NCBI GenBank assembly: GCA_964016885.1
Contig: OZ024742.1
Coordinates: forward strand, 281,852,001 to 281,916,000
DNA length: 64,000 nt
Reading direction: 5' to 3'
Source: Eledone cirrhosa
Lineage: Eukaryota
Shown here: piece after piece, positions 15,101-27,445 of the stretch
Numbering within the stretch: the stretch's first letter is position 1
Layout: each line of letters opens with the position of its first letter
Program-made: the position numbers and the translations under genes
Notes under the pieces: generated by a model
What the model was told of the DNA's origin: nothing
Seen by the model: the letters and a program-made list of their open reading frames with translations, nothing else
The model's database searches: none

Positions 15101-15818
15101 TTGTTTTTGTTTTTGTTTTTGTTTTTGAGGCTCCAACGTAATTTTGTAAATGATTTTTCTATTTCTGACAGACAACTAATCATATTTACCTTCTTGAATG
15201 TCGCAAATTTCGGTGGTAGAAGTAATACAGATAACTCATCGTCATCTATTGCCGTGTTGCCGTATATATTTGTGTTGTTGTTGTTGTTGAACTCATCTGT
15301 TAATGTGGTGTCGGCCATATTTATACCGTCAATTTTGTCGGGATATCTATTGGTATTCTCTACAGTATCCTGATTTAGTTTTATCTGCTTAAGCCACTTT
15401 AGTTTCTTGTTAAAGTGCTTATCACATTCTTGAGCAATGTACTGTTCTTCGGGACATATAAGGCTTATAAATATTAGTTTCTCTCTTGGTGTGATGATCC
15501 TAGCTATTTCTTGTATTAGGTTACGCTTATGTTTTTCTTGATGCCTTAATTCTCTATAGATCTTCTTTTTTATGTTTAGAATTAGTGTTCGTTTTAGCCT
15601 ATCTGCTTGTTTTTGGTGAGTTGTAATCTTCTTACGTCGGTGTTGATGGTGTTGGTGTAAACTCGGGACGAGGCACATTCTTTTATGAAGTGTAGTTGTC
15701 GAGATGTTATGGTTTTTCGTAGACAACAGAACATGGTGGTTTTCAGTATCTTGTTAGCCTGGCTAAGGCTTACGATATTTCGTTTCTGAATTTGTTTAGC
15801 AAAATTCTTTATCTGAAA
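12154..15818 (-). pseudogene. PLE polyprotein (N-terminal domain, RT, GIY-YIG), frameshifted
   Basis: PALYGLRKDHK, PTRPVCG, SIDVVSLYPSI, YAQEEGAAI/GVSIAGDIANLFM, SRYVDD, VVYNIRC...YIGETAR...RINEH; frame breaks near 15610, 14860 and 13405 (4-bp duplication relative to copy 2). Confidence 0.9.
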
Positions 15819-16082
15819 GAATTACAACCAAAATTAAATAGAAAATATGAGTGGAACAGCAACATCACAACTTACAATTAAGGACAAAATGAAAACACAC
15901 ACACACATAGAACAAACAACCAACAGGTAACATGTAAATAAACAAATAAATAAACAAATATAAACACACACAGACACCCGGATATGGCGCATGCGCAGAC
16001 TGAGCACACAACACACACACAGAAACAAAATGGCGTAGGACAGAACAAAGGAGAGGCACAAAAACAAAGAAAAGAATCCCCA

Positions 16083-16125
16083 GTCACTGAAGAGGTCACA
16101 GAATGTGTGACGAAAGAACTTTGAC
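16083..16125 (+). ncRNA. Hammerhead ribozyme in inverted pLTR
   Basis: Identical to the 11910-11952 motif on the opposite strand. Confidence 0.8.
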
Positions 16126-16647
16126 AATATATAAACAACTATCTGGTTGTGGAACCAACCAACCAACCAGAAATTTATAAATTCCTAAATTTATAAATGT
16201 ATTATAATAAATTAAATTGAAAGAAACTGGTGCGTGTGTTTCTTATTGGCAACATGACCCTCCCAAAGTATAAGAATATCGGTTTTAACACACGATTTCA
16301 GATAAAGAATCTTGCTAAACAAATTCAGAAACGAAATATCATTAGTATTTCATCGCTTTCAGACCATATACATCCGGTTGGTGCGAGCAACGGCTAAAAA
16401 AAGTCGTTGGGACACGTAAATAAAGGGGACACGAGAGTGTAAACAAAGAAAGATGGTGAAGCAACGAAAAGTGAGGAAGAACGAGTCATGTCCCAAATTT
16501 CCATGAATATAAGTTCGGTGAAATCGTGAACGAGAGAGAATAAAGACCATCAAACCTGGTTGGAATGTGAGCAAGGAAGGAATTCCGTACAGGTCTAACG
16601 GGAGGAAGAAGGAATCTAGTGTGTGAATTCGGTGCACATAAGTTCTG

Positions 16648-17110
16648 TGAAATCGTAGACGAGAGAGAAAAAAAAAGCGAACCAGCCTGACCAAGAGTGC
16701 GAAAGAAAAGAATTACGCACAGGTCAAACGGGAAGAAGGAGGAGGAGGAGAGGTAGTAACAGAGAGGGAGTGAGTGAAGGGTAAGGAAGAGGTTAACAGA
16801 GAGAGTGACTGTTAGAGAGGGTAAAGATACAGAGAAAGAGGAAGCAGTAAGAACGAAATAGACGGGTCACAGCGGGGGAAAAAATATGTGTAAATATGAG
16901 AATAAACGTGCTGCGTGGTTGCAAATGGGTTACATATGAATAAAGTTAGTCACTCTCTCTGTTAGCCTCTTCCTCACCCTTCACTCACTCACTCTCTGTT
17001 ACTACCTCTCCTCCTCCTCCTTCTTCCCGTTTGACCTGTGCGTAATTCTTTTCTTTCGCACCCTTGGTCAGGCTGGTTCGCTTTTTTCTCTCTCTCGTCT
17101 ACGATTACAC
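16648..17110. repeat. Foldback, about 160-bp arms with about 140-bp spacer
   Basis: 16648-16810 is the reverse complement of 16948-17110; spacer end matches 42380-42424 inverted. Confidence 0.8.
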
Positions 17111-17657
17111 TGCATGCTGGGTCCTTTTTGTTGTGATACCTCCACGACCACTTTACTGTGTGCTGGGTGATTTTTGTCGTGACACCTACTCTATATGGAA
17201 GATCATCAGAGGGTTTATATACGAAATTTAAGGGTCCAATCTTGTTATGTCGTATCAAATCTACTTGTATGTTAGGGTAAAGGTACATTTGTCTTCGGAA
17301 TATTCAGATACATATATTTAAATACAATGTAAAATACAGACGAAACCGCTCGAAAAATGTATTGTAAAAAACATTTAAAAAATAAAAATGAAGAAACTCA
17401 TGTCTACATTAAAACTTTGTGTTATTTTGAAAGATACGCACATATATAAATGCGTTCCATGCAATATACAAATGCGAATATAAGTAAGAGTAGTATACAT
17501 GTGTGCATGCGTGTGTGTGTTTACATTGTACATACATACATATAGATTACTTGCCTCTCTCAGCTACATCCAGTTTATTAAATTAATCCTTTTTAAATTT
17601 GGCATATTGTGTTTTTGCATCTCCGTGTTTGTCTTGTCTATACATGAAGAATATATA

Positions 17658-17770
17658 TAGCCGTTTCGACGGCTATTTCTGGACTATTACCCACCCACGC
17701 TATTACCCTAAGTATTGAGTACTCTGGTGCGTTATGATCCATCTGGATTTTCTTACCACAACTCCTTCGT

Positions 17771-17772
<2 letters not shown>
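17658..17772 (+). mobile_element. Family J short element (other copies 8907-8958, 34577-34736, 46279-46449, 53767-53946, 55280-55393)
   Basis: Shared ctattacccac...ccctaagtattgagtact...ccttcgtt body and gccgtttcgac motif; always next to (TA)n. Confidence 0.7.
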
Positions 17773-17828
<56 letters not shown>

Positions 17829-17834
<6 letters not shown>

Positions 17835-18213
17835 TAAGAGGAATTTCAACTTTGTCTGCTTTACTCGTTTTATTTACAATCCTTTAAAATTTATAATGGT
17901 ATTATAATGAAATAGTATGATAGAATATTAAATTCTAAGTGTTAATTGAACAAGTACTTTCATGCTTTCGCAATCTTCAGGTTCATAATATGTGGTGACA
18001 GTCAAGTTTGCAATTTTCAACTGTGAAAATTGCAAACTTGATTGTCACCACATATTATGAACCTGAAGATTGCGAAAGCATGAAAGTACTTGTTCAATTA
18101 ACACTTAGAATTTAATATTCTATCATACTATTTCTTATAATATTATTATAAATTTTAAAGGATTGTAAATAAAACGAGTAAATCAGACAAAGCTGGAATT
18201 CCTCTTATTAATA
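17829..18213. mobile_element. Near-perfect 385-bp palindrome with a hammerhead in each arm
   Basis: About 190-bp arms, 4-nt loop at 18020-18023; flanked by (TA)n. Confidence 0.9.
18058..18096 (+). ncRNA. Minimal type I hammerhead (mirror copy 17947-17985, minus)
   Basis: tgaac CTGAAGA t tgc gaaa gca t GAAA gtac TT gttca; GNRA loop II, palindromic GTAC. Confidence 0.85.
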
Positions 18214-18254
18214 TAATCTTCTATACACAATCATACACACCCGTGTATATTTAC

Positions 18255-18324
<70 letters not shown>

Positions 18325-18328
<4 letters not shown>

Positions 18329-19134
18329 TTGAAGAGTAACCAATCTTGAAGAGAGATGGAGATAGGTGATGAGATAGGAGAGGAGAGATTGGAGAATTAG
18401 TTAGAAACCAAAGCGTAAAGGCATGTGCTCAATGTGCAATATGCAGTGGAAAGCAGCTAGGTGGCTGGGTTCATGCAAACGTTAGTCGAGCAGAGCTGGA
18501 AATATTCATTAGTTAAGCAAAACAAGACCACAAATTTTACAAGGAAGACATTATTAAAAGATTGTCAACATATTTTAGTTTGATGTAAGGAATGTAGAGA
18601 ATAATAATAATAATATTAATAATAATTGTTTCTACGTTAGGCATAAGGCCCAGTGCATTACTGGTACTTTATTTTATCGACCCCGTAAGGATGAAAGGCA
18701 AAGTTAACCTATAATATTAATAATAATAATGTCCGTTTACAATTGTTTCGCTACTCCATATAATATTTCTGGATCAAATGACTATATATCATTATTGATC
18801 TGGTTCAGTTGAAAATAATTAACATAATTAAAGATAGAGCGGCTCATCGGAACTTCAAAGGAATATAAATTAAATTAAGGAAAGAATGCTACATAATGTA
18901 GTGTTCCATATATTGGTATTTCACTATGGTGGCCTGGATGTATCAATTGTCTGTCATAATCAAGCAGTATTCTTCTGTCGAGGCTGCATTGTGTGAGATC
19001 TGCCTATGGTTAACATTATTATTATTAATATTATTATTATTATTCTCTACATTCCTTACATAAACTAAAATATGTTGACAATCTTTTAATAATGTCTTCC
19101 TTGTGAAATTTGTGGCCTTGTTTTGCTTAACTAA

Positions 19135-19140
<6 letters not shown>
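18325..19140 (-). mobile_element. pLTR of PLE family G with inverted end; SINE fragment inserted at 18623-18710
   Basis: Homologous to 44210-44623; 19014-19140 is inverted versus 18500-18625. Confidence 0.7.
18735..18853 (-). ncRNA. Hammerhead with 94-nt domain II and U4C core
   Basis: gtt CCGATGA gccgctcta...tggagtagc GAAA caattg TA aac. Confidence 0.6.
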
Positions 19141-19195
<55 letters not shown>

Positions 19196-19351
19196 TAGTA
19201 AATTCGTATTCCAATGTTACTAAGTAGTTGCATTGGATGGAGTCAACCGACGTCAGAGATTGCTCAACGTATAATAAAGTGTGTTTTAAAATCCGGAGAA
19301 AATATGGAGAAGAAGTTTATGAAATGGAAATGCGGGTATACAGAATTTATT

Positions 19352-19468
19352 AGGTAACAATTGTTTCTATAGTGTATGGGTTACCTATACCTCGCTATTT
19401 GAATAATATAAAAACATTATCATAAACCGAACGTACACTGTAAGCAAACACACCATGTCGTCAGACCT
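19352..19468 (-). ncRNA. Hammerhead with 90-nt domain II, in a decayed PLE 3' end (about 19195-19900)
   Basis: aggt CTGACGA c atggtgtgt...atacactat a GAAA caattg TT acct. Confidence 0.75.
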
Positions 19469-19910
19469 TTGTATTGGAATGATATGAAAATATTTTATAC
19501 ACTAGATAAAAGATAAAGAAGAAGGTAGGAAGAGAAGGGGAAGAGGGAAGTGAGTAAGGTGGAGGGAGTCTTAGGATTTAAGACTGTCAGACTAGTAGAG
19601 ATTGTAAGGAGAGAATGTTTTGGCAGCAGTTAGCTTAATGAGGCGTGTTAGGGTTGGCGGGGGAAGTAAATTCTTCTAGTGGTGTTGTTCGGACAAAATT
19701 TAGTTAAAGGGGTCAAAGTGGTACAGTGTCACAGACAAGTTATTGGGGCTATTATAGTAGCAGGTTATTTCTAAAGGGGTCCAGAAAACAGTGTTTAGTA
19801 CTATTATTATAGAAAGCCATATCTTGTGTATAAACATATAAAACAGAAATTTGCAAACGGTGGTGTAAAAAGGTAACATTATATGCATTTAAAAAAAGAA
19901 AAAGTCGTTT

Positions 19911-21976
19911 TCAGCATAGCAACATACAACGCACAAGTGACGTCAGTGAGATCCCCCGGTAGTTGTTGGTGTTAGAGAGATCTCCCTTCTTTGGCACTGG
20001 GACGATGTTACTGATCCTCCACTGATTCGGGGCAACTCCTTTCTCCAGTGCCCCGTTACAGAACCCCAGGATGATATCATCAAAATCACACCTCTTCATC
20101 ACCTCTGATGCCACTCCATCCTCTCCATGAGCCTTGCCCTCCTTGATCTTCTTCTTGGCTCTCTGAAGCTCCTCTCTGGTGAAGGGCTCTGTCTCAACAT
20201 CCAGTTCCTCAAACAGCCGCCTGATCTCCCCACTGCTCTGGGCTGTGGAGGGTGGCTCTCCTAGTAGGGTCCTAAAATGGTCTAGCCATTTCCTCTTCCT
20301 ATCCTCGGGCCCCGTTCCCTGGATCTGACTCGAACACCTTTTCTTCCTCCCTGTGATCTCGTTGATGATCATCCAGCTCTCCTTACATCCAGATCTGTCA
20401 ACCGCTCTCTCCACACTTCTGATCTTCTCTATCAGTGCCTCCTCTCTGACCTCAGTGTAAGCGGTACAGAGCTCTTCCCTCATCACCTCCACAATCTCCA
20501 TCCTCTCCTCCGTAGGATCAGCATAGAATTGGTCCCTGGCAGCTTTCAGGTGTTCTCTGGCTGCACACACTTTTGGGTTTGCAGAGCTGACGTGCTTCCC
20601 TTTGTTCTTTTTCCTCGGCACCAGGGTTTCACTTGCTTTCGCCACTGCATTGGTGAAGTGCCCGTACCTCCTCGTCACACTCTCCTCAGTCCATCCAATC
20701 TCTCTCTCCCCTGACTCTCCACACAGAGCACTAAACCTGTTTCTCACTTCCACTGTGAACCTCTCCTGTAGCTTATCATCTTCCTTGAAAGCTCCCCAGT
20801 CATAGATTGTTCTCCGTGGCTGAGCCTTGCTCTTTCTTAAGCTCACGCGGACCTCACTCATAACAAGCCGGTGGTCACTACCCAGTGTACTGAAATAGCT
20901 GTATGGTTCCGTGTTCAGAACACTATTCCGCCACTTTTCCTCACCAGAATGAAATCAATCTGGGACTTGGACAGGTGCATATCTGAGATGTAGGTCCACA
21001 TCTTCCCCAGATTCTTCCTAAACCTTAGGTTGGTTGCCATCAAGTTCGCCTCCAGCAGGGTGTCTCTCAGTAGTCTTCCATTTCGGTTGGTGTTGTTATG
21101 GAAGTACCAGCAAGGATCTTCACTGCCCTCCTTACTCGGATGTGCATTGAAGTCCCCCAAAACAAGCAGGATATTGTGTGCCTGAGTGGTGTTGACAGCC
21201 CCACACACCTCCTCATGGAACTCCTCGGCATTCACATCACTGTCCCCCTCGGTTGGACTATAGGCTGAGATGACTGTCAGTCTTGGGTTTCCATTGAAGG
21301 TCACCCTCAACACTCGCGGGGAGATAGGCATTATTTCCCTCACCAACAGATTGGTTTTTGCACTGAACACAAAGCCCACTCCTCCTACTGCAGCATTTGT
21401 TGTGTTCTTCACTGCCGATGTAGTGATGAGCTGGCTCTTCCTCCCGATCATCACACTCCTCACGGGCTCATCGTGTAGAATCCTGTGTTCTTGGATCGCA
21501 AGTATCTGTATACCACTCTCCTCGAACAGATGTCCCAACTCCTCTCTCTTCTCCAGCGTTCGAATAGTCCTCACATTCAAAGTGCCCATTTTGATGGCTC
21601 TTCTGCAGGACAAAACTGCATTCTTTATATTTGTCTCAGAGACAGCTGATCCATCATCCACTGGCCCTCTCTGTGGCTCTAAGCCAGCAGAGTCATAACG
21701 ACCAGGCTGCTCCTTGACAGTGTAATTAGGGGCTCTAACCCTAGTGCTGTTAGATCGACTCTCCATATTTCTTTTCAATGGCTGACAATACCTTACCGGC
21801 GCCACTCGAATAAGGTAGTTATTTAACCCATAAATGGAGCCCTAACAGGTACTACCACCCCGGGCCAGGGCAGACCTGGGAGTCATGACAACTAAGGGGT
21901 AACTCCACATTCCCCACATCTCCTGAACTCCCGAACTGGAGCCTTGCCACTGGATGTAGTTTAATGTCATACCCAA
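19911..21976 (-). mobile_element. LINE (RTE-like, single APE-RT ORF), 5' end intact, 3'-truncated
   Basis: GTLNVRT, AIQEHR, SAYSPT, LGDFNAH, SQIDFIL, SDH (APE); then IVPVPKKGDLSNTNNYRGISLTS (start of RT); frameshift near 20930; GC-richer 5' UTR at 21840-21976. Confidence 0.88.
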
Positions 21977-21978
21977 CG

Positions 21979-22066
<88 letters not shown>

Positions 22067-22170
22067 CGTTGACAAATATATCAATATGCCCAGATATGCA
22101 GATATATTGCTCTTGGTATGACAGTGTGGTTTTAGCTCAAAGTAGGATAACTAGTATACTACAGAGCCGT

Positions 22171-22769
22171 TATAGTTATAGGAATAACCAAAGAGTGCTT
22201 AGAGATACATTGTTTTATTAGCTAACAGTGTTTCATCCATACACCATGGCAGGAATCATCAGAGCCTATAAACATGAGTATATCAGTAGTTGCATGCTCC
22301 ATCGAGCTGCGTCACCAGAACAAGGTTAAAGGACCAGCAGGGGGGTCGCGAGGCCAGCGCTATATGTAAAAAGACAGAATACATGATGCACATAATGTCA
22401 TAAAATGTCTTCAAAATTTAAAAATTAAAAATTACTCCTAAAATGTATCACTTAAATGGTGCAATAGATGATAAAGAGGTTTATTGCACCATTTAAGTGA
22501 TACATTTTTGGTGTAGTTTTTAATTTTTAAATTTTTAAGACATTTTATGACTTTATGTGAATCATGTATTCTGTCTTTTTCTATATAGCGCTGGCCTCGG
22601 GACCCCCCTGCTGGTCCTTTAACCTTGTTCTAGTGACGCTGCTCGATGGAGCATGCAACTACTTATATACTCATGTTTATAGGCTCTGATGATTCCTGCC
22701 ATGGTGTATGGATGAAACACTGTTAGCTAATAAAACAATGTATTTCTAAGCACTATTTGGTTATTCCTT

Positions 22770-22776
<7 letters not shown>
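22171..22776. mobile_element. About 605-bp palindrome with a hammerhead in each arm
   Basis: About 295-bp arms with 15-nt spacer (22467-22481); HHR at 22221-22265 (-) and 22683-22727 (+). Confidence 0.9.
22683..22727 (+). ncRNA. Type I hammerhead ribozyme
   Basis: gct CTGATGA t tcc tgc catggt gta t gga t GAAA cactg TT agc; stem I extends tgttt/aaaca. Confidence 0.75.
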
Positions 22777-22830
<54 letters not shown>

Positions 22831-23100
22831 CCGGCATGCCTTCCGCTGCACCTCCTCCAACCTCGTCTATGGACTTCGCTGCACGGAGTGCAACGCAACC
22901 TACGTCGGACAGACTGGACGTCGCCTGGCGTATCGGTTCACGGAGCACTTCCGAGATGTCCGTCTCGACGGGAGTTCCCCCATCGCCCGCCCCTTTGGTT
23001 CCCATGGACATTCCGCCGACGACCTCACAGTCTGCGGCCTGATCCAATGCCATGGGACCCCTGCCACCCGTTTCACGCTCGAACAACACACCATCTTCAC
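22831..23100 (+). pseudogene. PLE GIY-YIG endonuclease fragment followed by a C-rich 3' region (to about 24210)
   Basis: FRCTSSNLVYGLRCTECNATYVGQTGRRLAYRFTEH...LEQHTIF. Confidence 0.85.
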
Positions 23101-24176
23101 CTCAACACGCACACACCCACCTGCATATGTATACACGCACTCACACTATTCACACAACCTACTACCACCATTAACCCCACCCACACATCCACATTTGACC
23201 ACCCCACCACTAATATTACTACCACCACCACCCCAACACACCTTTCCCCGCACCACACACACACGACCACACACCATCGCACATACTCTCACCCACACCT
23301 ACGTACACACCGATACACTACCCACTCCACACACACACTACACCACTAACCCACACCGCATTCAACCCCTACCCCCACCACCAGTAATACCAACACCCAC
23401 GCTACCACACACACACACACACACACACTCATATCCAAACACGCACACACACACCAGTACACTACACTCCCTCCTACCTCCCCAACGCCTTCGCCCCCCA
23501 TCTCTCTCTCCCAACTCTACCAACACCCCCCACTCCCACTAATGCCTCCACTAATATACATACCAATCCCCTACACCGCCTCCCTCTCCCTCCACCTTTC
23601 ACACGTATCCATCCCCTTCCCTGTCCGCCGCACCTCCCTCCACACATACACACATTCCCCACCACATATAGACCTTTCTATACCTGTCAACCTCCACACT
23701 ACAGCCGCTGTCATCTCCCTCTGTCAACTCCCACCTCCTTCGCCCTGCCTTGACCTCTGACCACTTCCTGTTGCGCGCGCACCCCTATCTCTCCACTTCC
23801 TCACTACCACACCAGGATTTTACACCACGGTCCCATCGCTCCTGCTATCCATACTACCACACCTGGAATCTCCAATATCTGATCTCACAATCAGTGGAAA
23901 ATCCCCAGCAGCAACACACACGCACACAAAGATTTACACTATTTTCTCACCACGCCACCATACACCCACACCACATATAAACACACACACACATGCGTAT
24001 CCCCACATACACGCACTCAGCCTCCAGACTCCATACGCCCCTCTCCCCCACCCCCTCTGACCCGTCTCCATCCACACGCACACACACACCGACTTACAAC
24101 CCACCCCATGTACACACCGGTTTCCCTATTACTCGAACATGGAATCTCATTGTTCCCCCAGCTCTCACATTCACAT

Positions 24177-24249
<73 letters not shown>

Positions 24250-24385
24250 TTACCATCTCGTCTCACTTCTCTTGGATCGGTTATTTATTTGTGGTCCAAG
24301 GCGTTTGATGCAGAGTGCTTCCGTCGCTAACACTGTGACAGTGGGCCTTCCGTCATTGTTTCCGAATTTGATTATGTGTTTCCGG

Positions 24386-24439
<54 letters not shown>

Positions 24440-24442
<3 letters not shown>

Positions 24443-24910
24443 GTTTTTTTTAAAGTTGAGACTGTAAACAGAAAACAACTGAACGTGGAAGCTAAGAGGC
24501 AGTACAAATGTTATCATTAGTTTCACGCTTGAGAGTGGGGGAGGACGCTTCGGGCATAAGCCCTTCATCAGGAGAAAAGTGGGCAGGAAAAGAGTTCCGA
24601 TGGTGCGTGGGGGAGTGGTGGAACGACATTAAAAAATAATTTTTAAAAGGGGGGGGGATTTGGGAGAGTAAAAAGAGTAAAAATAAAAAGAAACAAGTGA
24701 TGAAAGGGTATGAGGCGTGTAGAGGTGGTGGTGGGTGGATGGGGAATGGAGAGGGGAGAGGGAGATGGGGGTTGAAGGTGGTGTGTGTATGTGTGTAGGT
24801 GTACGTGTGTGCGTGTGTGTGTGTGGATGTGAATGTGAGAGTTGGGGGAAATACGAGGTCCATGTTCTGGTAATAGGGAAACTGGTGTGTACATAGGGTG
24901 GGTTGTAAGT
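24440..24910 (-). mobile_element. Inverted pLTR of the 22.8-kb PLE with a degenerate hammerhead (about 24543-24575)
   Basis: 24821-24909 is inverted versus 24092-24185; CTGATGA a gggc ttat gccc GAAG cgtc, but stem I does not pair. Confidence 0.55.
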
Positions 24911-24970
24911 ATATATATATATATATAGGTTACCATCTCGTCTCAGCTAGTATATATATATATATATATA

Positions 24971-25334
24971 CTAGCTCAGTTGCCCAGTCAATTTTCGCCA
25001 TAGAATGACTTTCTTTCAATTTCTTTTTTATCCATATTAGACCATGTCTCCGCCGTTCTTTTCATCCGTTCCTTGTTACACGTGGCCCGTCTTCGTACAT
25101 CGTCAATTGTCCCCAAGGTGGTTTCAATGTTAATTTACTTTGTGAACCTGTATATTGAAGTGGTATTATTGGATTGTTATGCACTTTTGCGAGGGTGTCT
25201 TCAAATAAATATAGGGAGGCATTTGTAAGGATGCCTCATAGCAATAACAAATCTGTTTTTCTCAAGGATGCACTGTTTGGGATATTTTTGGTGACATACA
25301 CACATACCTACACACATTCAAATATTTATATCGA
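24971..25334 (-). mobile_element. Possible non-autonomous Helitron-like element
   Basis: Minus strand a|TC...CTAG|t termini without TSD; single copy, so weak. Confidence 0.35.
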
Positions 25335-25497
25335 TAAATAAATAGAGATATGTAAAGTTTGCTGAACACAAAAGCCGAAACCGATTGGTGCAGCGGTTGG
25401 GACCTTATATATCCCTACTCTGCATCTCCCCATGTATTGATTACTCCGATGATTAGTGGTTTCCCTGGTCTAAGCACTTCAGACTCTCTCTCTCTCT

Positions 25498-25557
<60 letters not shown>

Positions 25558-25703
25558 TATCACCCATACCGCATTATTCAAATACATCTAAACTTTGCTC
25601 TCATGTTAACCATTTTCTGCTAAATCTCAGTCTATCTTGATTTTTCCATGTTTCTCTCTCCTTCTCTCTCTATCTCTCCATCACAATACCCACATCCCCT
25701 TTA

Positions 25704-25839
<136 letters not shown>

Positions 25840-26011
25840 GTAAAGTATTTGCTGTCTCTAATCAATCACCTGGTGTAGGCGAAAGCAAGAGGTCGTCCTG
25901 TCTAAAGTGCTTTGATCTTATCATATACCTTTCAAATCTACCTTCTTTCTCTCTGATACATATACGTATACATACACACAATCACTCAAACACATACACA
26001 CACACGTTCAT

Positions 26012-26095
<84 letters not shown>

Positions 26096-26133
26096 ACAGG
26101 CACATACGCACTTACACACACACACACACACTC

Positions 26134-26164
<31 letters not shown>

Positions 26165-26223
26165 AAGAGAAATGAACATATATATATATATATATATATA
26201 TATAGTGGTAGAATATATATCTA

Positions 26224-26272
<49 letters not shown>

Positions 26273-26414
26273 CTATCTATCAATATGTCTATCTATCTAG
26301 CCCTCTATCTCTCTATTTTTATATCCATATCCCACCGGGTAATAGACGTCCTTCGCCATGCCATTAATACATTTAATAACGTCTGTGCATCACAATGTTG
26401 TTTCCTCACGTCGG

Positions 26415-27445
26415 AAACAGCAACAATAACAAAAATATGAACTAGTACAACACCTCATACACTACCATAATCACGACATACCTCACCATCTTTACCACTA
26501 CACTCACATCTTTCAAAACAACATCTACTACCTCCTGAAAACCTATAGTAACTGTAAAGACAACACGCTCTAAATAGTAAAATTACCAAAACACCACCAA
26601 TAGTGGCACCATCAGAGATAGTAATATCTATAAGTAAAAGCAACAACAGTTACAACGCAACTGCCACCACCTCCGCCATTAGATGTATACTACACAATCA
26701 TCCTCACATACCACCACCAACAACAACAACAACAGCAGCAACAGCAGTAGAGCCGCTACAGTAACAACTATAATAACAGTACAGTTTCAAGTTTATATAC
26801 GAAAACAACACCAACAGTAACACCTTCAAAGATAGCAACATCTAGAATAACAACAAGAACAACTGCAACAATAACAATCACATTACTACCACTAACAACA
26901 AAAACGAGAAGAACGCAATTACTAGTGACACCAACAACTTCAATAACAACCCCATTTCTACCACCACCAACACCAAATACAAAACAACAAGTATAATGAG
27001 ATGTGTAAATAACACTAAGACAATAACATAAACAGCCACATTAAAAACAACTATCACTACGACCTACAAATAGCAGTAAATGCATCAACACAACCGCAGC
27101 CATTACCAACATTAAGAGTAACAAATTAAGCTAAATCAACATGATTTATCAAAACAACATCCCGCCGCAATAATAACAACCAAAAAGAGAAGTCTCTTCT
27201 TCGATCTGCTAGAAATAGTAGCCAAATTTCCTTTAATCTATACATTATCGTTGCAGCCCCCAACACCACCACAACAACAACACAAAAACAGCAGCAGCAA
27301 CACCATTAGCAGCCATTACAACACCATTAGTAATACCAACAACTACACCATCAACAAACAACAATAACACAACCACCAACACTACAACTACACCAACCAC
27401 CACGAACCCCAATAAGAATAACAACAAAAATAACAACACAGCAAC
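26415..27445. repeat. Degenerate (AAC/ACC)n low-complexity tract
   Basis: Strong trinucleotide periodicity, no long ORF. Confidence 0.75.

Larger units (their letters stand above)
11759..16340 (-). mobile_element. Near full-length Penelope-like retroelement with inverted pseudo-LTRs
   Basis: Arm 11759-12218 is inverted at 15816-16280; RT plus GIY-YIG ORF between them; a hammerhead in each arm. Confidence 0.92.

Noticed and set aside
17190-17215. Minus-strand CTGATGA
   Set aside because: No pairing stem II, GAAA or stem I found
21840-21976. HDV-like ribozyme in the LINE 5' UTR
   Set aside because: Could not build the nested double pseudoknot by eye
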